A stretch of DNA of 20,000 nucleotides from an uncultured virus (IMG/VR IMGVR_UViG_3300025894_001089) (taxonomy: Duplodnaviria; Heunggongvirae; Uroviricota; Caudoviricetes). The DNA lies in IMG/VR virus record IMGVR_UViG_3300025894_001089. One strand, given 5' to 3'. Every line of letters starts with the position of its first letter. Position 1 is the stretch's first letter. Positions 7,789-15,383 of the stretch are shown one piece after another. The notes beneath the pieces were generated by a model that was not told the DNA's origin, ran no database searches, and saw only the letters and a program-made list of their open reading frames with translations. The position numbers were made by a program, and so were the translations under genes.

Positions 7789-7989
7789 ATGGCTAGTAAA
7801 AATAAAAATGATAAAGTTTGGATGATCCCCGAAGATGAAGACCGCAAACATGCAAGTTTTCATTTTGTTCACCCAAAGAGTTTATCTGCTACACGTGAAG
7901 GTAAAAAACTAAGAATGAGAAAGTATCACCCAGTTAAGCAAAAGCACGTTTGGTTTATTGAATCTAAAATGCCACCACATAGTAAATGA
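7789..7989 (+). CDS. rpmG: 50S ribosomal protein bL33 homolog (Cys-free type)
   Basis: KKLRMRKYHPVKQKHVWFIESK aligns with the bL33 C-terminal signature (E. coli [21 protein letters not shown], from memory). 66 aa, basic, SD 8 nt upstream of the ATG at 7789. Confidence 0.8.
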   Translation: MASKNKNDKVWMIPEDEDRKHASFHFVHPKSLSATREGKKLRMRKYHPVKQKHVWFIESKMPPHSK

Positions 7990-7998
7990 GGCTAAACA

Positions 7999-8274
7999 AT
8001 GGCTAAGAAAAAACAAAGAGCAAGTCAAACTTCCAAGGGTGAAATTGGAGTTAACAAATCACTTCGTAAAGCATACAGAAGAGAGTATAAAGGAACATTG
8101 GCGCAGGCTATTAACCAACATACAGCATGGAAAAAGTTTAAAAATGTTGTTCTAACTGTTCCAAATCCTAATAAGAACGAAACGGCTAAACCTTTTATTA
8201 GAGTAAATGCACGTGATTATTGGGGAAGTCCAAAACGTACCAGTGGTGTTTTGTCTAAATCAACCACACCATAA
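7999..8274 (+). CDS. Small highly basic hypothetical protein (91 aa)
   Basis: SD GAGG overlapping the rpmG stop; K/R-rich; motif VLTVPNPNKNETAKPFIRVNARDYWG. Confidence 0.8.
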   Translation: MAKKKQRASQTSKGEIGVNKSLRKAYRREYKGTLAQAINQHTAWKKFKNVVLTVPNPNKNETAKPFIRVNARDYWGSPKRTSGVLSKSTTP

Positions 8275-8862
8275 TTTTACTGTATCGTTAACAATTTCAG
8301 TAGTTTTATAGTCGACCAATGATTCATAATGATTTGAATTGATATAACGATATTGTATATCTTTGCGACAAGTCATTGATAGATTAGAGACTACGCCATC
8401 ATTCTGGAAAGGACTTACCCACGGAGTTCTTCCTTTTGTTGGAACCAATTGTATCCATGGAATATTAAATTTAACCTGTTGCATTCCAAGTACAGGATAC
8501 GCAGTTGGGCTAACATCTTGTAGCAGTTGCCAAAATGGAAATATCCAACGTGTAACTAAAGCACTACCAAGTCCAAGATATGGTGTTGCGATAGTAATTC
8601 CAGTTTTAATCTTATTAGAAAATTTTTTGTATAGATGGGTGGCATAAATCCCACCCATGCTATGCCCAATGAGTATACAATCACCTTCTAGGTCATTGAG
8701 ACGATTGCACATAATAGGAAAATTATATGCGAAACCTTTTTTATGATCGTAACTAAGATAACAAAAGTTAACACCTTTAATATCAAGTTTTTTTAATTCT
8801 CTAACTATTAGTGCAAAGCTCTTGTTACTAGCATTCGCACCATGAATAAGGATTATGTTCAT
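8260..8862 (-). CDS. Alpha/beta hydrolase (lipase/esterase-like)
   Basis: IILIHGANAS, LIGHSMGG (GxSxG), TIATPYLG, NDGVVS, NHYE give a Ser-Asp-His triad. Confidence 0.88.
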   Translation of the reverse strand: MNIILIHGANASNKSFALIVRELKKLDIKGVNFCYLSYDHKKGFAYNFPIMCNRLNDLEGDCILIGHSMGGIYATHLYKKFSNKIKTGITIATPYLGLGSALVTRWIFPFWQLLQDVSPTAYPVLGMQQVKFNIPWIQLVPTKGRTPWVSPFQNDGVVSNLSMTCRKDIQYRYINSNHYESLVDYKTTEIVNDTVKLWCG

Positions 8863-8869
8863 CCTCTAT

Positions 8870-9343
8870 TTAGTTAGCTTCCTTATACCTATTATTACTT
8901 TCGGGCGGTGGGGGTCTTTGATAGTCAATTTTTTGACCAATTCCATCTCCATATGGAGTCATAGTAGGGCCGCCTGCTGTGATGCAATATACACCCGGTG
9001 CAAGGTTCTCAATGAATGTCCAACTGGTAGTTTTAGGATTCAGCATTAACACACCTGGTGCGGGATTGCCTGGCATTTCGATTGGTCCACTAGCACGAGC
9101 CGCTAGAAACTTTCCAAACACAATTTCTTGTGAAGGTTTAAGTAGTGCTTCGATTTGTGGAGCAGATCCGCATAGAGCTTTAACTTTGATTACAAATGGT
9201 TGGTCTTCAGCAACCAGACCTGGTAAAGCTGGTGCTAAATTTTCTTGGGGGAAGCCAGGTAAAAACTTTCCTGGCTTCTGCTCTGCATAAACAGGCGAAG
9301 CAAAGATAAGTGTCATAGCTAATGCCAAAAACAACTTCTTCAT
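8870..9343 (-). CDS. Secreted/periplasmic protein with signal peptide and two Cys
   Basis: MKKLFLALAMTLIFASPVYA|EQ is a Sec signal with a VYA cleavage site; SD AGGAGG (9352-9357); LCG...LNPKTTSWT...YCITAGG. Confidence 0.8.
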   Translation of the reverse strand: MKKLFLALAMTLIFASPVYAEQKPGKFLPGFPQENLAPALPGLVAEDQPFVIKVKALCGSAPQIEALLKPSQEIVFGKFLAARASGPIEMPGNPAPGVLMLNPKTTSWTFIENLAPGVYCITAGGPTMTPYGDGIGQKIDYQRPPPPESNNRYKEAN

Positions 9344-9372
9344 TGTTGTAACCTCCTATATAAATGTTACAG

Positions 9373-9381
9373 TACTATTTA
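9373..9381 (-). promoter_or_regulatory. Candidate late-promoter box TAAATAGTA
   Basis: Minus-strand TAAATAGTA about 30 nt upstream of the 9343 start, identical to the box upstream of clpS. Confidence 0.45.
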
Positions 9382-10596
9382 TTAATATTTTAGTACTTTG
9401 TTTAAATGTGCGATATCAGTATTTTGAACAAAGTCCCAGCCACCCGAATCAACAAAACCTTTCTTTAAGTTAGTAGTTAATTCATTTATCACCGTGTTTT
9501 TTAGTTTATAATAAAATATATTGGCATTATGTTCTAGTATAGGAGTCATTTCTTTGCGTAAATTACATTGTTGTTCATATGATAATTCACTTAAATTCTG
9601 AAGTATTTTATAAACAGCATCAATCCTTTCAGCATTGTCTATTATATCATCATAACTTTCGTCCCAAAATTCACTAAATGTTTTAAATCCATATTCTCTA
9701 AGGTATGCTAAATTTCCTTTAGCACCAAGCAATAGAAAAGGTTGCATTGCAACAATAGGTTTGAATATCTTTTCTGTTAAATGCAATTTACCATTATAAA
9801 AACAAGTTTCACTTACTACATGTACCAATGCACGTTGACAGTTTGCTATATCAATCCACGTACTCATACTACCATTGGGTTCATTGCTGTCAATAGAACT
9901 GCTTTCGGTTAGTAAATTAATATTATCAATAACATGTTGATTTGTATCTTTATTAACGCGACCCATATTTACAGAATCCCGAATAACTTCTTTAATGTTA
10001 TTGCCCGGGTTATAACTTACTAATCCTTGATCAATAAGTCCGCTCTCTTTTAGTCTTAATTGGAATTGTATACGATGCCATCTGTAAGGATTAATAACAT
10101 TTTGATAACAGATAAAAAGTTTATCATGCGAAGTTGGAACAGAGATATTTTCTTTCCAGTATTCTCTATAATTGTCGCAACTGGCATAGCCATGATAGAA
10201 CCAATATATAATTGGTGTTTGGTAAGTGTTTTCTTGTCCACTAGTAAAGTAGGATACCCGATCTCGAAGTACTTTTAATTCTTCACTTCTTTCGCTAACA
10301 AATATAACTTGTTGAAAGTTATGTTGTGGTAAACGTTTTTCCCACAAACTTGAATCTACATCATACATCATTTCTTGTGACGACTTATACAGCCATGGTA
10401 AAATATTAGGGTATATAGGTTCTTGATCTATAAAACAAGCACACCCACGAGGCAAAGCATTTTTTTTGATGGGGTTAACATTTTTAATTAAATAGTACGG
10501 AGGCTTATTTGTAAAGTCCGTTGCCGCAAATGTATCAATTTTATATTTTTCAAAAAATTCTTTATATATTTTTTGGTAAACAAATTGAATATCCAT
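9382..10596 (-). CDS. Putative glycosyltransferase-like protein
   Basis: C-terminal HVVSETCF...HLTEKIFKPIVAMQPFLLLG...LREYGFKTF..FWDESYD resembles the E..(Y/L)TEK..K nucleotide-sugar-binding motif of GT-B enzymes (GT10-like); lies divergent to a nucleotide-sugar dehydrogenase. Confidence 0.55.
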   Translation of the reverse strand: MDIQFVYQKIYKEFFEKYKIDTFAATDFTNKPPYYLIKNVNPIKKNALPRGCACFIDQEPIYPNILPWLYKSSQEMMYDVDSSLWEKRLPQHNFQQVIFVSERSEELKVLRDRVSYFTSGQENTYQTPIIYWFYHGYASCDNYREYWKENISVPTSHDKLFICYQNVINPYRWHRIQFQLRLKESGLIDQGLVSYNPGNNIKEVIRDSVNMGRVNKDTNQHVIDNINLLTESSSIDSNEPNGSMSTWIDIANCQRALVHVVSETCFYNGKLHLTEKIFKPIVAMQPFLLLGAKGNLAYLREYGFKTFSEFWDESYDDIIDNAERIDAVYKILQNLSELSYEQQCNLRKEMTPILEHNANIFYYKLKNTVINELTTNLKKGFVDSGGWDFVQNTDIAHLNKVLKY

Positions 10597-10605
10597 TTTA
10601 AAATT

Positions 10606-10616
10606 ACTCCAGGAGT
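10606..10616. promoter_or_regulatory. Palindromic back-to-back Shine-Dalgarno ACTCC-A-GGAGT
   Basis: Provides GGAG 5 nt before the ATG at 10621 (+) and GGAG 10 nt before the ATG at 10596 (-), within a 24-bp spacer. Confidence 0.55.
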
Positions 10617-10620
10617 TAGT

Positions 10621-11874
10621 ATGACATATAAAGTAGGTTTCGTTGGTTTAGGAAAATTAGGAATGCCATGTGCTGAATCAATGCAACAAATATATAACGT
10701 GACCGGCTATGATATTTACCCTAAGGAAAGTGGTGTTATAGATATTGTAGATTCGATCAAAGAAACCGTTACTGGGAAAGATTTAATTTTTGTTGCTGTA
10801 CAAACTCCACACGAAAAAGAATACGACGGATCACAACCAACTGCTCATTTAGAAAACAAAGACTTTGATTATAGTTTGGTCAAAGAAGTATTGACAGAAA
10901 TTAATCAATATACAAACAAAGATACATTAATTGTTTTGATATCAACTGTACTTCCTGGAACAGTCAGACGTGAATTTGCTCCTATTGTTACAAATGCACG
11001 TTTTATATATAACCCATATTTAATAGCAATGGGCAGTGTAGCATGGGATATGGTAAACCCTGAGATGTTAATTATTGGAACAGAAAACGGAGAAACTGAT
11101 AACGATGCTAATATACTACAAGAGTTTTATATGCCGTTAATGGAAAACAATCCAAGAACTGTAATAGGCACTTGGGAAGAAGCAGAAAGTATTAAGATTT
11201 TTTACAATACATTTATTAGTGCTAAACTAAGTCTTGTTAATATGATACAAGATGTAAGTATGAAACTTGGTAATATGAATGTTGATGTAGTTACTGATGC
11301 TCTTGCGGCAAGTACCAAAAGAATAGTAAGTCCAAAATATATGACTGCTGGGATGGGTGATGGCGGGCCATGTCATCCGCGTGACAATATTGCGTTACGC
11401 CATATGGCACAGGATTTAAATTTAGGCTACGATTTATTTGATGCTATTATGCAGTCAAGAGAACTACAAGCACGTAACGTTGCATTGTATTTGCAGAAGT
11501 TACATAGAGAACATTATATGCCTGTTGTTATACACGGAAAAGCATACAAACCAGATGTACCGTTCACTGATGGAAGTTACAGTTTATTAATTGGACATTA
11601 CCTTGACGAACTAGATGTACATTATTACTATGCTGATCCATTGGTTGCTAGTAAAGATTTTGATGATTGGTACAAGGATGAAATTGGTGTACGTTGTATT
11701 TTGTTTCTTGCACATAACCGAATGGTCACGTATGGTTATACAGGAACTAGACAAGAACAGAACTTGTATGTTACACTAAAAAGTAAGAGCATAGTTGTTG
11801 ATCCGTGGAGAAACTTTGAAACCGATCGTAACGACATTAAAGTAATACACTACGGAAACACAAGGAAAACATGA
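10621..11874 (+). CDS. UDP-glucose/GDP-mannose dehydrogenase family protein
   Basis: GFVGLGKLG Rossmann motif, FVAVQTP, ISTVLPGT, AESIKIFYNTFISAKLSLVN (catalytic Lys), GMGDGGPCHPRD (catalytic Cys), GKAYKPD. ATG at 10621 has SD AGGAG, so the listed 10573 start is unlikely. Confidence 0.92.
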   Translation: MTYKVGFVGLGKLGMPCAESMQQIYNVTGYDIYPKESGVIDIVDSIKETVTGKDLIFVAVQTPHEKEYDGSQPTAHLENKDFDYSLVKEVLTEINQYTNKDTLIVLISTVLPGTVRREFAPIVTNARFIYNPYLIAMGSVAWDMVNPEMLIIGTENGETDNDANILQEFYMPLMENNPRTVIGTWEEAESIKIFYNTFISAKLSLVNMIQDVSMKLGNMNVDVVTDALAASTKRIVSPKYMTAGMGDGGPCHPRDNIALRHMAQDLNLGYDLFDAIMQSRELQARNVALYLQKLHREHYMPVVIHGKAYKPDVPFTDGSYSLLIGHYLDELDVHYYYADPLVASKDFDDWYKDEIGVRCILFLAHNRMVTYGYTGTRQEQNLYVTLKSKSIVVDPWRNFETDRNDIKVIHYGNTRKT

Positions 11875-12395
11875 CAAACATAATTCACGGAAAACTAGAG
11901 TTTGATATAGACAATGAATTTTTAGAATTAGATTATCAACGAGAAGATTTTAACAACCCCAAAGACTTAAACGAATGGAATGATAACCACTACGATTGGG
12001 TAACGCATTTTACTGGATTTTTATGTGATATGCGTAAGCCACAGCCAAGTTGGAACGAAAAAATAATTGAATATTTCGAATCTACATTTGGATGGCAAGA
12101 TATTGGAACCAGTTATTATAGAATGGATAGCGGAGTTATTTTACCTACTCATCAAGATACCTATAAAAAATACGTTGATATTTTTAAACTACACGGAAAA
12201 GAAGATACAATCTATAGAGGCATAGTATTTTTACAAGACTGGCAAAGTGGTCATTATGCCGAGTATGATAATAAGATTCTTAGCTCGTGGAAAGCAGGCA
12301 ACTTCGTAGTATGGAACAACGATACTTCTCATATGGCCGCAAACATTGGTGTAACACCTCGTTATACTCTACAGGTAACCGGACATGTTGCATAG
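11871..12395 (+). CDS. 2-oxoglutarate/Fe(II)-dependent oxygenase (double-stranded beta-helix fold)
   Basis: PTHQD (HxD), distal His in DTSHMAANIG, RYTLQVTG (2OG-binding Arg); ATGA-coupled to the dehydrogenase. Confidence 0.78.
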   Translation: MTNIIHGKLEFDIDNEFLELDYQREDFNNPKDLNEWNDNHYDWVTHFTGFLCDMRKPQPSWNEKIIEYFESTFGWQDIGTSYYRMDSGVILPTHQDTYKKYVDIFKLHGKEDTIYRGIVFLQDWQSGHYAEYDNKILSSWKAGNFVVWNNDTSHMAANIGVTPRYTLQVTGHVA

Positions 12396-13305
12396 TCATA
12401 ATGAATGGGATCCACTTAGAGAAATAATAGTAGGCTCCGCAACTGGTGCTAATTGGCCTTCTGAAGATCCAGTCTTCAGTCAAGAGCATTTAAAAACTAC
12501 ATGGAAAGAAACTCCAGTCCCAAGTGGGCCAGTACCGTCCTGGGTAATTGACGAAGCAAACGAAGACCTACAAAGGTTAGCATCAGCATTGGTAAACCTT
12601 GGTGTTAAAGTTCATAGACCAAAAGATATGGATTTTGTTGAACGCAAAGGCTTATACAATTACTGCCCACGTGATAGGCTTATTGTTGCTGGTGATAGTG
12701 TTATTGATACACCAATGCTTTATCCTTGTAGAGATATGGAAACAGAAGCACTTGATGAGGCGTTGACTCGTGCTAAACATGTGTACCGTATGCCACGTGA
12801 TAAAGGTATTATACTAGATGCGGCCAATGTACTCAGACTCAATGACAAATGGTTGTATTTAATAAGCGAGAGTGGCAACATCGAAGGGCTTGAATGGTTA
12901 CGTAATAATATTCCAGATGTTGATATTGAACCCTGTAATTTTTATTCAGGAGTACATATTGATAGTACTATTACAATTATAAGAGAAGGTTTAGTTGTAC
13001 TAAACGGAACAAGAGTCGATCATAATAATTGTCCTAGGGTATTTGATGGTTGGCTTAAAATTTATGTCAACGATGTTGTTCCACAGGACTTCTTTGAATA
13101 CCCATATGCCAGTAAGTGGATAGCATTGAACATGCTGGCGGTTGATGAACACACTGTTATCGTGGACAAGTGGCAGACCAAACTTATTAGAGATCTTGAA
13201 GCATTGAAGTTAACTGTAGTACCATTGGAGTTGCGTCATAGTCGCACACTAGGTGGCGGTTTTCATTGTGTAACATTAGATTTAATACGTAAAGTTAGTA
13301 GTTAA
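12385..13305 (+). CDS. Amidinotransferase, StrB1 (inosamine-phosphate amidinotransferase)-like
   Basis: HNEWDPLREIIVG, YCPRD, DAANVLR, SESGN..G..WL, HIDST, HSRTLGGGFHCVTLD; Asp-His-Cys triad intact. Confidence 0.92.
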   Translation: MLHSHNEWDPLREIIVGSATGANWPSEDPVFSQEHLKTTWKETPVPSGPVPSWVIDEANEDLQRLASALVNLGVKVHRPKDMDFVERKGLYNYCPRDRLIVAGDSVIDTPMLYPCRDMETEALDEALTRAKHVYRMPRDKGIILDAANVLRLNDKWLYLISESGNIEGLEWLRNNIPDVDIEPCNFYSGVHIDSTITIIREGLVVLNGTRVDHNNCPRVFDGWLKIYVNDVVPQDFFEYPYASKWIALNMLAVDEHTVIVDKWQTKLIRDLEALKLTVVPLELRHSRTLGGGFHCVTLDLIRKVSS

Positions 13306-13366
13306 TGTCTACTGTAATTTTTAGTAAATAAGTAAATGCAAAGGAACATGTCCGAAGGAATTGCAG

Positions 13367-14119
13367 ATGTCTGAAGATTATAAAAATTATAGTGAGTGTT
13401 TATTTAAAAGTGTTCACGACAATCCTAGAGTTAAAGACTTTAGTAAAAAGAAGTCTGAGATTATTGATGAAGTGCTATCTTATTATAGTCTAAACAAGCA
13501 TGCCATGAGTGTACTATTTGTAGGATTTAATCCAGCAATTCTTGTATGTGATTTTCAATCTATTTCTGTGACAGGGGTCACCAGTGAAGTAGTTGAATGG
13601 TTACAAAGTCATAATAGTAATATTGAATATGTTGACTTTGATAGTATTATAGGTAACGGTAATATATCATGGGACGCAATCGTAGCAGTAGATGAGTTCT
13701 TTACATATGCATTAGATGATGATTATCAAAAAGCATCCATTGCAAACATTTGTGGTTTGGCTAACGAAGTTGTTATAAGTACATTGAAGGACTATAAGAA
13801 CTTGGACTTTAAAGAAAAGGAGTTTAGTCAACCAGCAGTATTACGTAATGGTGAAAAATTTAAAATATTTACAGAGTTCCATGATTGGGATTTTAAAGAT
13901 AGAAGTTGCTGGAAAACTTCAGTTTATGTAAATGGATCTAATAATTCACAATACGGACCGTATAACCGAAAGACTATGTATTTTAAACAACTAGCAAAAT
14001 TCAGCATTGATGCTGGAGCCAGCAGTTTTCTTGTACACAAGAACTTGATGTTCAAAGGATTAATCAAAAAGAACTACGAACACGTAGTTAGCATAAGATT
14101 CAATGATGAGTATAGATGA
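13367..14119 (+). CDS. Hypothetical protein, possibly degenerate class I SAM-methyltransferase fold
   Basis: SVLFVGFNP and WDAIVAVDEFFTY occupy motif I and post-II positions but lack the GxG signature; SD AAGGA 7 nt before the ATG at 13367; GTAAATA box at 13324-13330. Confidence 0.5.
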   Translation: MSEDYKNYSECLFKSVHDNPRVKDFSKKKSEIIDEVLSYYSLNKHAMSVLFVGFNPAILVCDFQSISVTGVTSEVVEWLQSHNSNIEYVDFDSIIGNGNISWDAIVAVDEFFTYALDDDYQKASIANICGLANEVVISTLKDYKNLDFKEKEFSQPAVLRNGEKFKIFTEFHDWDFKDRSCWKTSVYVNGSNNSQYGPYNRKTMYFKQLAKFSIDAGASSFLVHKNLMFKGLIKKNYEHVVSIRFNDEYR

Positions 14120-15359
14120 TACATTAAAAAACTTAACAGACAATGTCACAGACACAATACTAAAAGATGTTAAAGCTAAAGCATCTGAGCATGTGTCAGC
14201 AGTTATTAAGGATCATATACAAAGTATGGACCTTGACAGCATTGTCAGCGAAAGTATTAAAACCCATGTAAACACATGGCTTGACAGTCATGAAGATTGG
14301 CTAACTAAAACTGTCAATCCAATTATTGACCTAGTAAGGCGTGATGCCAGTGCCGCAGTATTAGAAAAAGCATCAGACGATATCAAAGAAGCCATTGGTA
14401 AACAAGTATCAAAATTTGATGAATTAGCAACAAAAGGTTTTGCTGATCAATTCCATGCACGATTACGTGATTTTAATTTTCCTCCAGAAAGCATACCAGC
14501 CACTGCTTTAAAATTTAATCCAGAGACCATTAGTGGAGATAACATCAGCGGTGGAATACAACGCAACTTTAATTCAGTTGGCATACAGGATTTAGCCAAT
14601 GATGTTCAGATGACTGTATCCAATGATGCTACAACATTTGAAAATAAGCTAGTAGCCAGTGAACTTGAAGTTGTTGGTAAAACAACATTGAAGTTTGTTG
14701 AAATGGAAGGTATTAATACTGCTAGTCCGTTTTATCTAAAGTTGATTGAAAATGTTAGTACCAGTGCCGCACACAAAATCAATGATGACATATTCCAATC
14801 ATACAGTGATAAGGTGTTTGATCGTATTGCTATCGAAGGTGTTGACATTACAGTATTACGAGTAAACGGAAACGTTGTATTTGAAGATAATAAAATTGGC
14901 GGACATATAACAGAAAGCAATTTACGTAAAGTTGGTAGACTTAAAGAACTAGATATTGAAGGTGAGCTTTCTGTTAGCAACAACTCACTTTATGTATCGG
15001 GCAAAAGAGTTGGCATCAACACAACAGAACCAAGTGCGGCGTTAAGTGTGTGGGATAGTGAAGTAGAAGTAGAAATAAAAAGATTTGATCAAGACACTGC
15101 TGTTATACAAACTCCACGGAATCAAGATCTTGTTATATCATCAAATAAACAATCAAATTTACGTTTAACAGTTGATGGAACTACACAAGTACAAAAATTA
15201 CAAATGGGTACTATGACTTTTAAAAGCTCTGATAAACCACCAAATTATACTGATGGTAAAGGTGCAGTAGTATTCAATGCTAACCCAAGTCTAGGTGGTC
15301 CATTGGGCTGGGTTTGTTTAGGTGGAACTAACTGGGCTAACTTTGGCGTCATTGACTAA
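14103..15359 (+). CDS. Probable virion structural/tail-fibre-like protein
   Basis: Helical N-terminus, then ESNLRKVGRLKELDIEG, RVGINTTEPSAALSV and C-terminal GAVVFNANPSLGGPLGWVC...WANFG motifs typical of phage fibre proteins. Confidence 0.6.
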   Translation: MMSIDDTLKNLTDNVTDTILKDVKAKASEHVSAVIKDHIQSMDLDSIVSESIKTHVNTWLDSHEDWLTKTVNPIIDLVRRDASAAVLEKASDDIKEAIGKQVSKFDELATKGFADQFHARLRDFNFPPESIPATALKFNPETISGDNISGGIQRNFNSVGIQDLANDVQMTVSNDATTFENKLVASELEVVGKTTLKFVEMEGINTASPFYLKLIENVSTSAAHKINDDIFQSYSDKVFDRIAIEGVDITVLRVNGNVVFEDNKIGGHITESNLRKVGRLKELDIEGELSVSNNSLYVSGKRVGINTTEPSAALSVWDSEVEVEIKRFDQDTAVIQTPRNQDLVISSNKQSNLRLTVDGTTQVQKLQMGTMTFKSSDKPPNYTDGKGAVVFNANPSLGGPLGWVCLGGTNWANFGVID

Positions 15360-15383
15360 GTGAGGTATTTTGGAGATTAATTA

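Noticed and set aside
7958..8155. Alternative plus-strand ORF overlapping rpmG and the basic protein
   Set aside because: No SD, non-ATG start, and both overlapped genes have better signals.
10573..10620. N-terminal extension of the dehydrogenase in the ORF track
   Set aside because: Overlaps the divergent gene start; the ATG at 10621 has an SD and directly precedes the Rossmann motif.
12385..13305. Archaeosine/7-deazaguanine DNA-modification amidinotransferase, or arginine deiminase
   Set aside because: This is a pentein-fold StrB1/AGAT-type protein, not ArcS, QueF-like or Gat-QueC; no folE/queCDE/dpdA genes are in the window, and it lacks the size and motifs of arginine deiminase.
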